This document shows, piece by piece, positions 50,553 to 62,255 of a DNA stretch of 64,000 bases. The DNA lies in assembly GCA_029717555.1 (NCBI GenBank), contig JAMDHS010000016.1:62001-126000 (forward strand), written 5' to 3'. This DNA is from Peribolospora baueri (Eukaryota). The notes under the pieces are model-generated. The model was not told the DNA's origin. It worked only from the letters and a program-made list of their open reading frames with translations, and did not search any database. Positions within the stretch are counted from its first letter, which is position 1. Each line of letters begins with the position of its first letter. The translations under genes and the position numbers were made by a program.

Positions 50553-51721
50553 TCAAGAAGCATGGATCTAGAGTAGAACAAAAGAGGAGTGGAAAGCGGA
50601 GAAGAAAAGGGTCAGCCGAGAACTGTTTACTGATCTTCCTCGCCCTCAAATCCACATTCCATTCGGCTCACCTCGGCCGCCAAGCTGATCCACTCCCTGA
50701 CGCTTCGAACGTACGCGTCCGCGCCCTCGTCGGCCGGTCCGTCGGGGTGCCAGAGCGTGAGCTTGTCGAACGCCGCGATTGGCCGGAACGTCCTACTCAT
50801 CTCCGCAGCTTCCGCCGTGGGGGGGCCGGAGATGCCAGGTCCTAGAGAATCGGCCGTCGGTTGTCCTCCGTCAGGCTCGCCACCGTCCTCTTCATCAGGA
50901 GTGTGCGAGGAGCCATTTACGCTTCCCTCCCCTCTTTCTTCCTTGTGCCGGACCGAGCGATGAAAGCGAGGGACGGCCACAGTGGGGACGTCTACATCCT
51001 CCCGAGCTCTCCTTTCCGTCGCACTTCCGTCACCCTCGGCCTTGGCCGTCCCATTATCCTCTTCATCGTCATCGTCTTCTTCATCCATCGAAAAACGCTG
51101 CACGGTAGCCCTAGTAGGCGCAGGGGCGACCGGAATCGCTTTCTTGCGCGGCGACCGACGTAGTGGAGCAGTGGATCTCTCCTCCTCCTCTTCCTCCACG
51201 GCGTCTCTTCGCGCCCGTTTTGCTGTGCGACCCGATCCCGTCTGTCCACCAGCGGTGCGGGCGGTCTTCTTGGAAGGGAATCCCGCAGGCTCATCATCGT
51301 CGCTTGCTGTCCAAGGCCGGTCGACTCGGACAACCGTACCCACGTAGCCAGGAGGTGGGAATAGCGACAGACCGTAAAGCGCTCGTCCGCGGAAGGAGGA
51401 GAGGAGAACTTGATCAGGCGAGGTGATCGTGGCAGTTGTCGTCCCCGCCGCCTTCGTCGATCCTTCCTCCGCTCTTTGATCTGAAGACGAAGACGACGCA
51501 TCCACACTCTCCCGTATCTCCGGCTTCGTTTGCAGGCCCCCCTCTTCCGCGACCAGGGGCCGGGGACGAAAGAAGGCGTCGACGTCGGCGCTGCCGTCAT
51601 GAGCTATGTGGACAGGAAGTAGGTGAACTTCTAGTGGAGGGGAGTTGGAAGTCCCTGTCCGCGCTGACATCGATCCTGGCGTGTCGAAACAGGCGAGACG
51701 AAGACGAGATGAGGGCGACAT
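50553..51721 (-). CDS. Ribonuclease H2 subunit C (Rnh203/RNASEH2C)-like
   Basis: VHLLPVHIAHDGSADVDAFF; SSFRGRALYG...PPPGYVG; FDKLTLWHPDGPADEGADAYVRSVREWISLAAE|IHAS*. Confidence 0.85.
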
Positions 51722-52808
51722 GGTGTGAGAGGTGGCCAACAAGGACCAAGACGATGAGGAAGACAGCGTTCTCTCGCAGCGCGGCGCGATCCGACGCGTA
51801 AATGAGATAAGCACGTGACCAATCCTCGGCACAAGCACCTCGTCGCAAGCGCACATCGCCAATTGCGACAGGGGCGTTCTCTGCAAGACGGTGACGCAGA
51901 AAGGTGCGCAACAGCTGCAGTTGACGCCTTGTCTCGTCAATTTGGGGCTCATTCGCTCATCGCTTGTTCGGTGGATCGACTTGCAAACCGAGCAAGCCGG
52001 CCCCGTCCCGCGCCGGCGCCGGCCGGAAGCTCGGGCTGCTGCGGCGTGTCCTTCAAGCCTCGCCGGCACTCGGGCCAATCCCATCGCCTTTTGAGACAAC
52101 ACCAGTTTCTATCCGCTGATATGACGTCCGATCTCGGGCTCAATCTCCCTTCACAGCAGTGTTATGGGGGGGGCAATGGACTAACTGGTCGATGAGCTCG
52201 TGGATTGGGCACTGGTTGACTGACTGATAGTGGCCTGGTTTTCTGCTTACCTTTCCGAATGCGTTCCGACTCCTCCTTAACCTTGCTTCGCTTCACCTCC
52301 AGCAAGGCGTAATCTTGCATAGCCTTGATCGACACGGCGAACGCCGACGTCCAACATCCGAGTCCGGCGCCCGGCGTCCGTGGCCCGACCTAGCTTGTCC
52401 ACGACATTGGGGCTCACCCCGAAGACTGTCAACGGGTGGCGACGGCACTACCGCCGCTAATCCGGCGACAGAGGCTCCGCGAATTCCAAGTCTTCTCCCA
52501 CATGGCTTCGGACGACTTTCCTCTCCTCCTCTCCTCCTCTCTCCCGTCGCCCATAGCCTACACTTCCATGCCTCTCCGACCCTGTCTCAAGCAGTCAGAT
52601 GAGACGGGTTTGCCCGTTCTCCCGGGTCGCAAAAGTATATATGAGCGACTGAAACGCTATCCCAGCTCATTCTTGTTCTCCCCACCGGTCGCCACAACAC
52701 CTACAACCTTCGTCTCTTCATACTCCCTTCATAGATTGTCTAGACCTAGACTCGTACACGATTCTTCACCCTCATAGACTTCGCCTGCACTCACTCATCA
52801 CCAGCACC

Positions 52809-53900
52809 ATGGCCCCCCCCACTGCTACCGCCACCGCCCCCGCTCTTTTCGCCCAGGCGGCGCAGACCACCTCTTATCCCTTCGCCGACCTCAAGGTCAA
52901 GGCAAGGAACATCGTGAACGACTCAACTGTTGGCGCCGGTCGCCGACCGACGCCGTCGGTCACCAACACGACCATCAAGCTCTCGTCCGGCCACGAGATC
53001 CCCCAGGTCGCTCTCGGCGTCTACAAGGCGCCCAATGACGGCACCACCGAGCAGGCGGTCAAGTGGGCCTTCGAGGCTGGCTACCGCCACATCGACTCCG
53101 CCGCTCGCTATAACAACGAGGAGGCCGTCGGCAACGCGATCAAGGACTTCCTCGCTGAGAACCCTCATGTCACCCGCGAGGACCTCTTCATCACCACCAA
53201 GCTCTGGGATGCCGATCACGGCTATGAGCAGACCAAGCAGGCCCTCGATCTCTCGCTCAAGAAGCTCCAGCTCGGTGAGTGTTCCTTGGATTTAAAGAAA
53301 TGTTTTTCAGCCGTCCGCGTGACTGCCACTGACGCATCACACATCCCCACCACGTCATCCTCGTCTGCAGACTACGTCGACCTCTACCTCCTCCATTCGC
53401 CTGCCGAGTCCAAGGAGGAGCGTCTCGCCTCGTGGCGCGCGATGGAGGAGGCAGTGGAGGCGGGCAAGATCAGGTCGATCGGCGTGAGCAACTTTGACGT
53501 GTCGCACATCGACGAGTTGCTCGAGGTGGCGCGCATCAGGCCGTCGGTGAACCAGATCGAGCGTCACCCGTTCTTCGCGCACAACGACCTCTCCGCCGCC
53601 TGTCTCGCCCGCGGCGTCCGTCTTCAAGCCTACAGTCCCTTGGCACAGGGCACGAGGATTGAGGACGAGCGGATCGCCTTGATCGCGCAGAAGCACGGCA
53701 AGACGCCCGCGCAGGTCATGATCCGATGGAGCATCCAGCGCGGCAACGTCGTCCTCCCGAAGTCGCTCACCAGGTCGCGCATCGAGTCCAACGCGGACGT
53801 GTTCGACTTTGCGCTCGACGCGGACGACATGGAGCTCCTCGACAACATGGACCAAGGCCACAAGGTCGGAAAGCTCGGCCCCAAGGGCACCAGCGCGTGA
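52809..53900 (+). CDS. Aldo-keto reductase, one intron about 53275-53370
   Basis: IPQVALGVY, AGYRHIDSAARYNNE, REDLFITTKLW, YVDLYLLHSP, IRSIGVSNF, PSVNQIE, LQAYSPL, VVLPKS. Confidence 0.95.
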   Translation: MAPPTATATAPALFAQAAQTTSYPFADLKVKARNIVNDSTVGAGRRPTPSVTNTTIKLSSGHEIPQVALGVYKAPNDGTTEQAVKWAFEAGYRHIDSAARYNNEEAVGNAIKDFLAENPHVTREDLFITTKLWDADHGYEQTKQALDLSLKKLQLGECSLDLKKCFSAVRVTATDASHIPTTSSSSADYVDLYLLHSPAESKEERLASWRAMEEAVEAGKIRSIGVSNFDVSHIDELLEVARIRPSVNQIERHPFFAHNDLSAACLARGVRLQAYSPLAQGTRIEDERIALIAQKHGKTPAQVMIRWSIQRGNVVLPKSLTRSRIESNADVFDFALDADDMELLDNMDQGHKVGKLGPKGTSA

Positions 53901-54249
53901 TTTCCCCATCCACCCGCGTCGTCTCTCCACCTTTCCCCTCCGCCTTTGTTTTTCATGTGGACCCGCGGGCTTCACACGCCGATGCGCCCTAGACCGATAC
54001 CTGTCCATATAGAGTACTGTATTTTTACCTCATAAGCACTTGACCATGCTTAAATGGTCTGTGCCTTCTGTAGCGAGCGACATTCAAGCAATAGACGGCT
54101 TTATTGACCGAAGCTAATGCGTACAAAGGTTGTGACGTACCGGTTCTTGTGCTCGTTTGCCCTCCGAAGTTGAAAATTCCAAAAAATAGCTTGTGAAAAG
54201 AGTAGCCCTACAAAAAGAAAGGCAAAAAATAGCGAAAGGTAAAAAAGCC

Positions 54250-54322
54250 AGCTCCCCACGGGACTCGAACCCGCAATCTCCCGCACCGGAAACGGGTGCA
54301 TTAACCATTATGCTAAGGAAGC
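54250..54322 (-). tRNA. tRNA-Arg (anticodon CCG), intronless
   Basis: GCTTCCT TA GCAT AATGGTTA ATGC A CCCGT TT CCG GT GCGGG AGATT GCGGG TTCGAGT CCCGT GGGGAGC T folds into a cloverleaf and is followed by a T6 Pol III terminator. Confidence 0.95.
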
Positions 54323-54507
54323 AAGCAAACCGCTTGACTACAGAGTCTGTAGTTCAATGAAGCGGCAACACAGCATCCGATGATAATCCTAACTTCTCAT
54401 TGTTAAGATCATTACGTGCTCTAGTCTTATGCTCATCGGTCGCGCGACCATTCGTACTAGTCTCGTCATCTGATCATCTTTGTCCCTTATCCCTCTACAG
54501 TCCACAC

Positions 54508-55925
54508 ATGCAGATCGCCTTTCTCATCTCTCGTCCCATCTCCACGTCACTACCAAGCGTGCTTAGCGTATTGCGCCGTCCGCTCCTCCGCCCAGCAAGT
54601 CCTCTTCGACCCTTCTCCATTGCCATGGCACCCCATACCTCCGCAGCCGCGTCCGACAGCCCCAAGATGCACGCGTTGGCCCGCGCAGGTTTCGACTTTT
54701 CCGGTGCCAATGGTCTGTACGACCGCGCCAGACCCTCCTACCCTCCCTCCTCCATCCACGCCATCTTCAGGGGCGCAGCGGAGGGGAATCAGGACGGAGG
54801 GGGAATTCGGATCGTTGAGCTGGGCAGCGGCACGGGCATTTGCTCGCGAATGCTCCTCTCCCCGCCTCCCCTCCCCGATGTGGATGCGAAGGACGCAGAA
54901 CTTCTGCCCCCGATCGTGAGCCTCACGGCCGTGGAACCGAGCGAAGGCATGCGCAGGCATTTCGCCGAAAACGTACTCGGACGTCAACCGTTCACCAACA
55001 GTCGCGCAGACAAGATCGACCTGAGGTGCGTCGAGGGCACGTTCGAAGACATCCAGGTGGAGGATGGGAGCGCAGACGCCGTCGTTGTTGCACAGGCTTG
55101 GCATTGGTGTATGGATCATGAAAAAGCCCTCGTGAGTGCGCTGCAGGTGCTATAACGCCATTTTTTTCCTCTGACGCTTTCGCTGTCGAGAGGACTCGCC
55201 GTGGGCTTTGACCGCCTGTGCACGATCCATTTGTCTGCTCGTTCATCGGACTCTGACACAGACTTCTATAGCTCGAGTTCTCCGTCCGGGCGGCCTGCTC
55301 GCCCTCATGTGGAACATGGAGGATCGGTGAGCGTCCCTCTATCTTCGATACCTCCCGTGTCTCGCCGTCGCCCGCTTCACTCACTCGTCTTCCCTCTCCT
55401 CCGCCCCTCGCTCCGTCCAGCGACGCTTCCGCATGGGTAGCCTCCGTCCGCGACGCTTACGAACCCTACGAGGGCGGCACGCCCCAGTACAGACTTGGCC
55501 TCTGGCGTGACATGTACTCCGCCAAAGCCATCGCCGCCTTCGACATCCTCCCTTCACAACACGTGTCGCGCAAGATCCCCACGACGGAACAGGGCGTGGT
55601 GGACAGGGTGATGAGCAAGAGCTACGTGTCGGTGTTGGACGAGCGCGAGAAGGGCGAGGTGGAGGCCAAGGTGAGGGAGATTGTGAGGAAGGGGGAGGGA
55701 AAGGTGTGGATCGACGAGGGGCAAGGCGTATTCGAGTATCCTTATCAGGTAAGAAGCCGCTCCGGTAGCGCGGCCGGCCGGTAAGCCTTGCTTGTCCAGC
55801 GATGCTAGTGTCGGTCGTAAGGTCATTGGTTTCTGACATGCTTCTCCCCTATCCGCTCGGGCGCCCCGCGCGACGCGACAACACAGACAGATCTCATCCT
55901 CCTGCGCAAGAAGGAAGTCAACTAA
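54508..55925 (+). CDS. Class I SAM-dependent methyltransferase (Methyltransf_11-like); alternative ATGs at 54508 and 54625
   Basis: LYDRARPSYP, IVELGSGTGICSR, AVEPSEGMR, GTFEDI...ADAVVVAQAWHW, RVLRPGGLLALMWNMEDR, VMSKSYVSVL, FEYPYQ|TDLILLRKKEVN*. Confidence 0.9.
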
Positions 55926-56414
55926 ACGCTCGCTTTCATTCGAATTCAACTCCCATCATCAGCTTCTCTTTAAAATTATACCATGTTTGCATTCCCCTCT
56001 GCAATTTCTCGCGGTGGAATAGAAAGACTGAGATGATGTGATGTGATGTGATGCGATTGTGACTCTGCCAAAGGTGGTCACGTCATGTCCAAGCGGCGAG
56101 GCACACAAGCTCATGCTCGCCGCCGAGAAGGAGGGTTGGAAAGTGAGCGGAAGATGTATTTTTTTTTCTTTTTTTACTAGACCTGTCTGGTCGGTTCTGG
56201 CAGCGCAGATACCGCCAGCCGTCGAACACCCAGCCATGACCACAGAAAACGTTTCACAGCGGGCGGTGTGACCTCGCCGCCTTTTGGGTAGAGTTCCGAG
56301 TTATACATTATGAAGGGCTAGACATTATAAAAGTCATCTCACGATATTAAAAGGAAGCTTAATAATATTAATGATGAGAGAAGATAGTCTTGCCCGCGCG
56401 CCCCACGTGAATAG

Positions 56415-58999
56415 TCAATACTGGAGGTATGCGATAGCAAGCAGCGGGAAGCCAGTCAAGAGGCCGCACCAGAAGATGGTGTTGCCCAACACCTCGTTGT
56501 TCCTGATGAACGGAAGTTGGCCGAGCATGATGAGCGGGAGTTGAAGCATCTGTTCATTTGTGAGAGGGGCAAGTGACGAGCGAGCGAGTTGAGCAGGATC
56601 CAAAGTCGGGCCAGTGAATCAGTGAGACCTTCGACCACTCAGGCTATCGGAAATACCAGACCCGTCACCCAGTAGGACACGTATCCGCGGAACTGAGTCG
56701 ATACGCTCATTATCACTCACCTGCATAGAGAACAAGTACATCCTGACCTTGCCGCTCACGATGGCCATCACGAGCTCGTGCACAAGCGCGGAGAGGAGGA
56801 AGGTAAGGAAGATGGCTGTCGACTTGGAAAGCTTGTAGGCCGAGATGGTGGAGGCGTACACGTGGCGAAGGAGGAAGGTGTGCACGGGCTTGTTCCACCG
56901 GCGCGAGAACTGGTCCATCGACGTGCTGTTCCACCAGTCCTGGTAGAACTCGCGGTCCGCGAAGCTGGCGAGCGGATCGGCGGATCGGCGAGGAAGGGCA
57001 GGAGCGAGGAGCGTCAGCGCGACCGTCTCTCACATCGCAACGTTGAACCTGACACAAAATACACACTAAGTAATCTCGGCAAAGGCGTTGCAGATACACT
57101 CAAAGATGATGTAAAAAATGAGCAAGTAGTTGGCCATCATAGGCAACGCGAGCTCAACGAACGTCTTGAGGAACGGCGAGTCCGGGCCCGGCTGGTGGGG
57201 GATGATCCATCGCTCGGTGATGATGTAGATCACGCTGAAGGTGCCAAACGTCGCTAGCGTCTTCTCCATCACGTAGAGCGGACGGATGCTGTGTGAAGAC
57301 GAGCGAATTGGCGAAGGAGATAGTCGTCAGCGAGCGCTGATGTCGGCGGATCACGGCAGCGCTACGATAGTGACTCTGAAAGCCCCACCTCTGCGTTCTC
57401 GGATACTCCAAATCATACACCAAAGTCGGGATGAGCAGGTAATCGGCAAAGTTGTAAAAGGTCAAGTTTTCCGGGTACGTGACCCTACTCTTGGCCCCGT
57501 CGAACCCTACGCTCGTGAGCTCCTCGTCGAGCTGCTCCACCTCCTTCGCTATCTTGCCCACATCGTGGTCCGGGTGGAAGCAGAGCGGGTGGGGGTTCCG
57601 AGCGGGTGCAGGCGAGACGTCTGAGGTCGAGACACTTCCGCCGACGGGGCCCTGTGTCGCCGCGAGGGTGTTGGCGGGCGCTGAGCCAGGACCGGAACGA
57701 CGACGGAGGCGTGTCGCGGAGTCGTCGACGTCGTTCGACGATGTCCTTCCTTCTTCTCCTCCTCCCGCAGCCGATGGCCCCTCCCCGTCATCCTCGTTCT
57801 CGGTCGGCTTTGGTCGAGCTTCCAGAGCCGCCGCCATTGCCTTTTCCATAGCTTGTTCACCCGCCCCGTACAACTTCGTCAGGCGTGCTTTGAGCTTTTT
57901 CTCGAGAGCGATGCGACGAAGATATAGATCGGAAAGGTAGCCATTGGTGGCGGTGTAGGAGTGGATCTTCATGAGCATGCATAGGCTGTGGAGCGTGAAG
58001 AAGCCAGATTGCACCCAGGGCCATTTCCTGTTGTAGATCGTAGAGGACGCGCGAAATGAGAGATATCAACGAAAGGGTGACTCCACCTCAGGTAAGAAGG
58101 GAGAAGACGACGAACCGATAGAAGGTGAAGCGGATGGCAGTGAGCAGAAAGGCGGTCTGGTAGACGTGCTGGATGACAATGCCCGTCGAGTAGTACCGGA
58201 TCCAGCCTTTCTTCAACAACTTGGCAAAGGGCACGCAGATGAACATGCTTCCGACCATGACGGCATCCGAAAGCGCCAGCGTCTTTCCGTCCTTGCTGAA
58301 GAGCGTTGCGAACCTGAGCGTGAGGATATGGCCCGTCTGCTGATACGTGGTGGAGAAGGTGGAAAGCATGGCGAGGAAGATGGCGATCCAGAAAAGGGTG
58401 TAGAACCCTCGGAAAGGGTCCTTACCCGACGCTGAGTTGTACCGGTCAAAGTGCGAGTGGCGCGGGGCGAAGGTGACCTTGACTTTTTTGTGCTTCTTGT
58501 TCGCCGACACCACCGGGCGGAGGTGTACGCTGCCGTTCGAGCCAACTTTGTGAGTGACGCCTGCAGATGGGGGTCGACAGGGGTGGTGGGGAGCGAAGGT
58601 GGAACTCAGCAAGTTGGAATAGAAGGATGGACGACGGCGCAGCGGCAGATGGCGCCTCTCTCTTCTTCTGTCGGTCCACTCACCTTTGGTACCCCAATGG
58701 GTAACCTCAGTAGTACTGCTCTCCTTGTCAGGGACGGTGGTAGTGACAGTAGTCGTTATTCTCTGGTCCGGTAGCGACCCCTCACTATCGCTCGCAGCCG
58801 ACATGCTCAGGCCAGACTCGGACAAAGGCGTCGACTCGCCGGATGCGCCGCCGCCGCCGCCGCCGCGCGGGTGGAGGGAAGGGTTGTTCAGGTGCCCGAA
58901 GGAGGCGTTAGAGTGTGGTATTTTTGGAAAGCTGCTGGATGTGGACCTGACTCTGACCACGTCTGGCGGGAGATCTGGTTCGGATATGGCGAGTGGCAT
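56415..58999 (-). CDS. Sterol O-acyltransferase (ACAT/ARE, MBOAT family)
   Basis: FRGFYTLFWI; LMKIHSY; YPENLTFYNFADYLLIPTLVYDLEYPRT; FECICNAFAEIT|FADREFYQDWWNSTSMDQFSRRWNKPVHTFLLRHVY; SALVHEL; GNTIFW. Confidence 0.95.
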
Positions 59000-59565
59000 G
59001 GCGATAGGATGCGATCTGAGCGATCGTCGAGGAGGTGGTGGGAAGAGAAGGACGAGGAAGGAGTGGGCGGTGGTGGCGAGAAGGTGTTGTACGTCAACTG
59101 CGATCGTCGCCTTCGTTTTTGTCTTGCTCGTCTTTGTCTTCGTCGTCGTCGTCTCTATCTTCTTCTTCTTCTTTCTAACCGTTCCTAACTCTCTGCCGTT
59201 ATTCGTACCTCACTCCATAACTCTATTCCCTCGTCGTCATCGTGCCTCTCCATCCTGAAAGATCGGCGATGATCACGCGTATGGTTGGTTGAACTTCCGC
59301 AGCACGATATGGCACGTGCACGGCGCGGGGACGCAACCAAGCCAAGACTGGACAAGATCACACATCATATTGCTACAGAGAAGGACTTGGGGCCGCGGGC
59401 CGAGAGGGATAAAACATCGAAGAAGGGGGGTAAGACAGAATGTATTGGAACAGGAAGCGATGACGGACATGGGTGCCCGGCGGCCGGTTGACGGGGCTAC
59501 GAATGCGTGACAGACATTGGGGCGAGAGCGGACATCGGACATCGGGCAGGTTATTTTCGTGGTCC

Positions 59566-61476
59566 TCAGGGCCACTGCGCAGACCTGTCGGTGAGGGGAA
59601 CGTACTGCAAGAGCAAGGCAATGGCATCAAATGGGATATCGAATGGGACGGACATCAGTTGCCATACCCCTTAGAATACACCGGCCAAGAGCAAAGACGA
59701 GAGCGCCTCATGCCAAAGGTGTCCCACGACCGTCTGCTGCTCACCATGACCCCAAACAGCTTCTTCTGGGTTACCTTCCCACTTTCGTCCTTGTCCACCT
59801 GTACCATCGTCTGCGAAATGTCGCCCACGGGGATGAACATCCGCCCCGGTGAGGCCAGTTGCTCTACCAGCTTCGGTGGCACCGAGGGCGCCGCTGCCCC
59901 GACATGGATTGCCGAGTAAGGTGCTGCGGGCGGGTAGCCTGGAGAAAGGAAGGGAAAGAGTGGTGTAAAAGACCGTATGGGTAAATCTGAGCTTTCGAGA
60001 GGATACAACGTCGTTCACCGGGCGCACAGGCGTGCAATGGGTGCTATGCATGACTGGGGGTGCTATGCATGACTGGGAACCCTGCGCTCACCTTGACGGC
60101 CGTCCCCCGTCACCATCTCGATAACGCCTTTCTTCAAAGCCTCTCCTAGACCTGTGTATCAGGGAAGACGCAATACCAGCGACGAGGGTCAACGCGCTGA
60201 GCACCCTTTCAATCCAAACGCGCAGAAGTGCAGAACGCCGATTGGCACGCCGCTCACCGTCCTTCTCCAGGTTGCGCTTGCTCTGTTCCACCAGACCCTC
60301 GATGTGGTCGATGCCTACAACCTTGCCTCCCGGCTGGACCAGATGATAAAAGATCGCAGCCGTGTAGCCGCTGCCAGAGCCGACATCCTAGCAAGATGTT
60401 CGCGTGATGGAGAGTGAGCACGAAGCGATACCGAGTCCTTCCTTTCAAATATCGCCCGCCCTCTCCCTCTCGGAAAACCGGCTTCTCACAAGAACTCTGG
60501 AGCCCGGCTGGAGGAAAGGCAGAAGGTTCTCCGCAGCATGCGCATGCTGTATTCGAGTCGGAGAGGTGGAGATGTCCGTACACGATGTGCGTGTTAGCAG
60601 TGGGACGCCGCCTCCCTTACCCCACCCGATGGCTCACCATGTGTGGCGCGGAGATGGTGGCTCCAAATCCGATAGGCCTGGTTGAGCAACCGCGCGCGGG
60701 GGCCAAAAGCAAAAACACGAAGGAAAGACGTCCGTTGCGTCTCGATGAGCTTCGAGTCTCCCGCGGAGAGCGCCATCAGGCGTGCAGAGAACGCGCGACT
60801 GTGGGGACGCACTGAGGGCTGTCCTCATACGCGGCCTCCTTTGTAGGGACGTAGGCGGCGCGATCCACCTTTTTCATCGCCTGGATGCAGAGCACATGCG
60901 AGAGGGACATCAACAGAACGAAGACATCAGCCACAAAGCTCCTCCTTTTCATCATCCACAGGCGCATTGACTCCACATCAGTAACTGGAACGAGGATGCT
61001 CGCCTCGGCAACGCGAGGCGACTTGATGAGCCCGGAGGCCACCATGTTGGAGATGAGCTGTGGTACAAAATAAACAGATTTAGAAACAACAAGGATCGAG
61101 TGAGGCCTGGAGCCCAGTGGGTTGCAAAAGCGTCAGACTCCCGAGATGCATAGGACGGCGCGAGAACCGTCTTTCCTCCTCCGTCCTGAGGAGCAAGCGG
61201 TGACAGCCAGTTTGAAGCCCATCCGTTCTTTGCACAAAAGCGCACCGCGCTACCGTCGCCGAGTTCAGAGCCTTCGTGTGCCGCTCTAAGTCGGCACTCC
61301 TGACCCCGCACCCCACCTCCCTATTCCAGATCCGCCAAGTCCACCTCCGGCCTCCTCCTCCATCTTCGTCCCCGCCCCTCTCAAACACGCACAGCCCGCA
61401 CAGCACAACACAACACCGCACGCCCTACCTGAATACTCACCTCCGCGTTACTAGATCCAGAACACCTCCACGCCAT
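59566..61476 (-). CDS. PCM1: Protein-L-isoaspartate O-methyltransferase, many exons
   Basis: [40 protein letters not shown]...[27 protein letters not shown]...DVGSGSGY...VVGIDHI...[23 protein letters not shown]...[14 protein letters not shown]...YVPLTD. Confidence 0.95.
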
Positions 61477-62255
61477 GGTTCCGAACAAAACGCTTACAAG
61501 GCAATTTCGGAAGCTGGAGGCGAAAGTGGGGAGCAAGTGAATGGTTGCGGGAGGGGAGAGCCGCCTGCTGATTTGTTCTCAAGACAAGACGGCCGAAGCA
61601 GGCCAGTTCCGTGACGCTGGGCAGTGGATGTGAGATATCTGCCACACGTACTCGGTCAGATGACTCTGAGATAGTGGGATACGAAAGGGCGACCTGTGGG
61701 GCCGACGAGATGACCGCGTGGTTGATCAGAACATTACGTAAGCATATGTCGAGCGCCGCAACGCTCGGCTCGCTATCAACGTCCAGTCTGTTAATTCGGC
61801 TACCTCTAGGCGGCATCAACGGGGGTCACTGATGGATGACATTGACAGAGAGCAACCCTGAAGCAACCTGGGCAGGGTTTGGTAAGTTATGCACGCAAAT
61901 ACGGTGAAAGGGAAAAAAAAAAGAAACAAAAGGAGAAGGGGAAGGAAATGGTAAGGATCGGGAAAGGGGATGAGGTAGGTCTAATCGTCGTAAGGCGGGG
62001 TACTACTGCTAACTGCGTGACGACCACACTTTTTATCAGGAGAGTGAAATCCACAGGAGAATTTTGAACATGGGAGAAACCATGAAGGGAAAGGGGTAGT
62101 GATGTAATGAATACATACGATGGCGTCGGATTGGACGAGGCGCGTCCGACGGAAGTAGACCTCCACGAAGGGTCATTCATTGAGCGAGCGCACCGACCGC
62201 GGCTCCAACCTCTCACAACTGCACTCGCACGACACTCATGCGAGGAAGACCTCTC

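Noticed and set aside
60038..60078. Tandem duplication of about 20 bp (gggtgctatgcatgactggg) in a PCM1 intron
   Set aside because: Only two copies with no spacer; an ordinary slippage duplication, not a CRISPR-like array.
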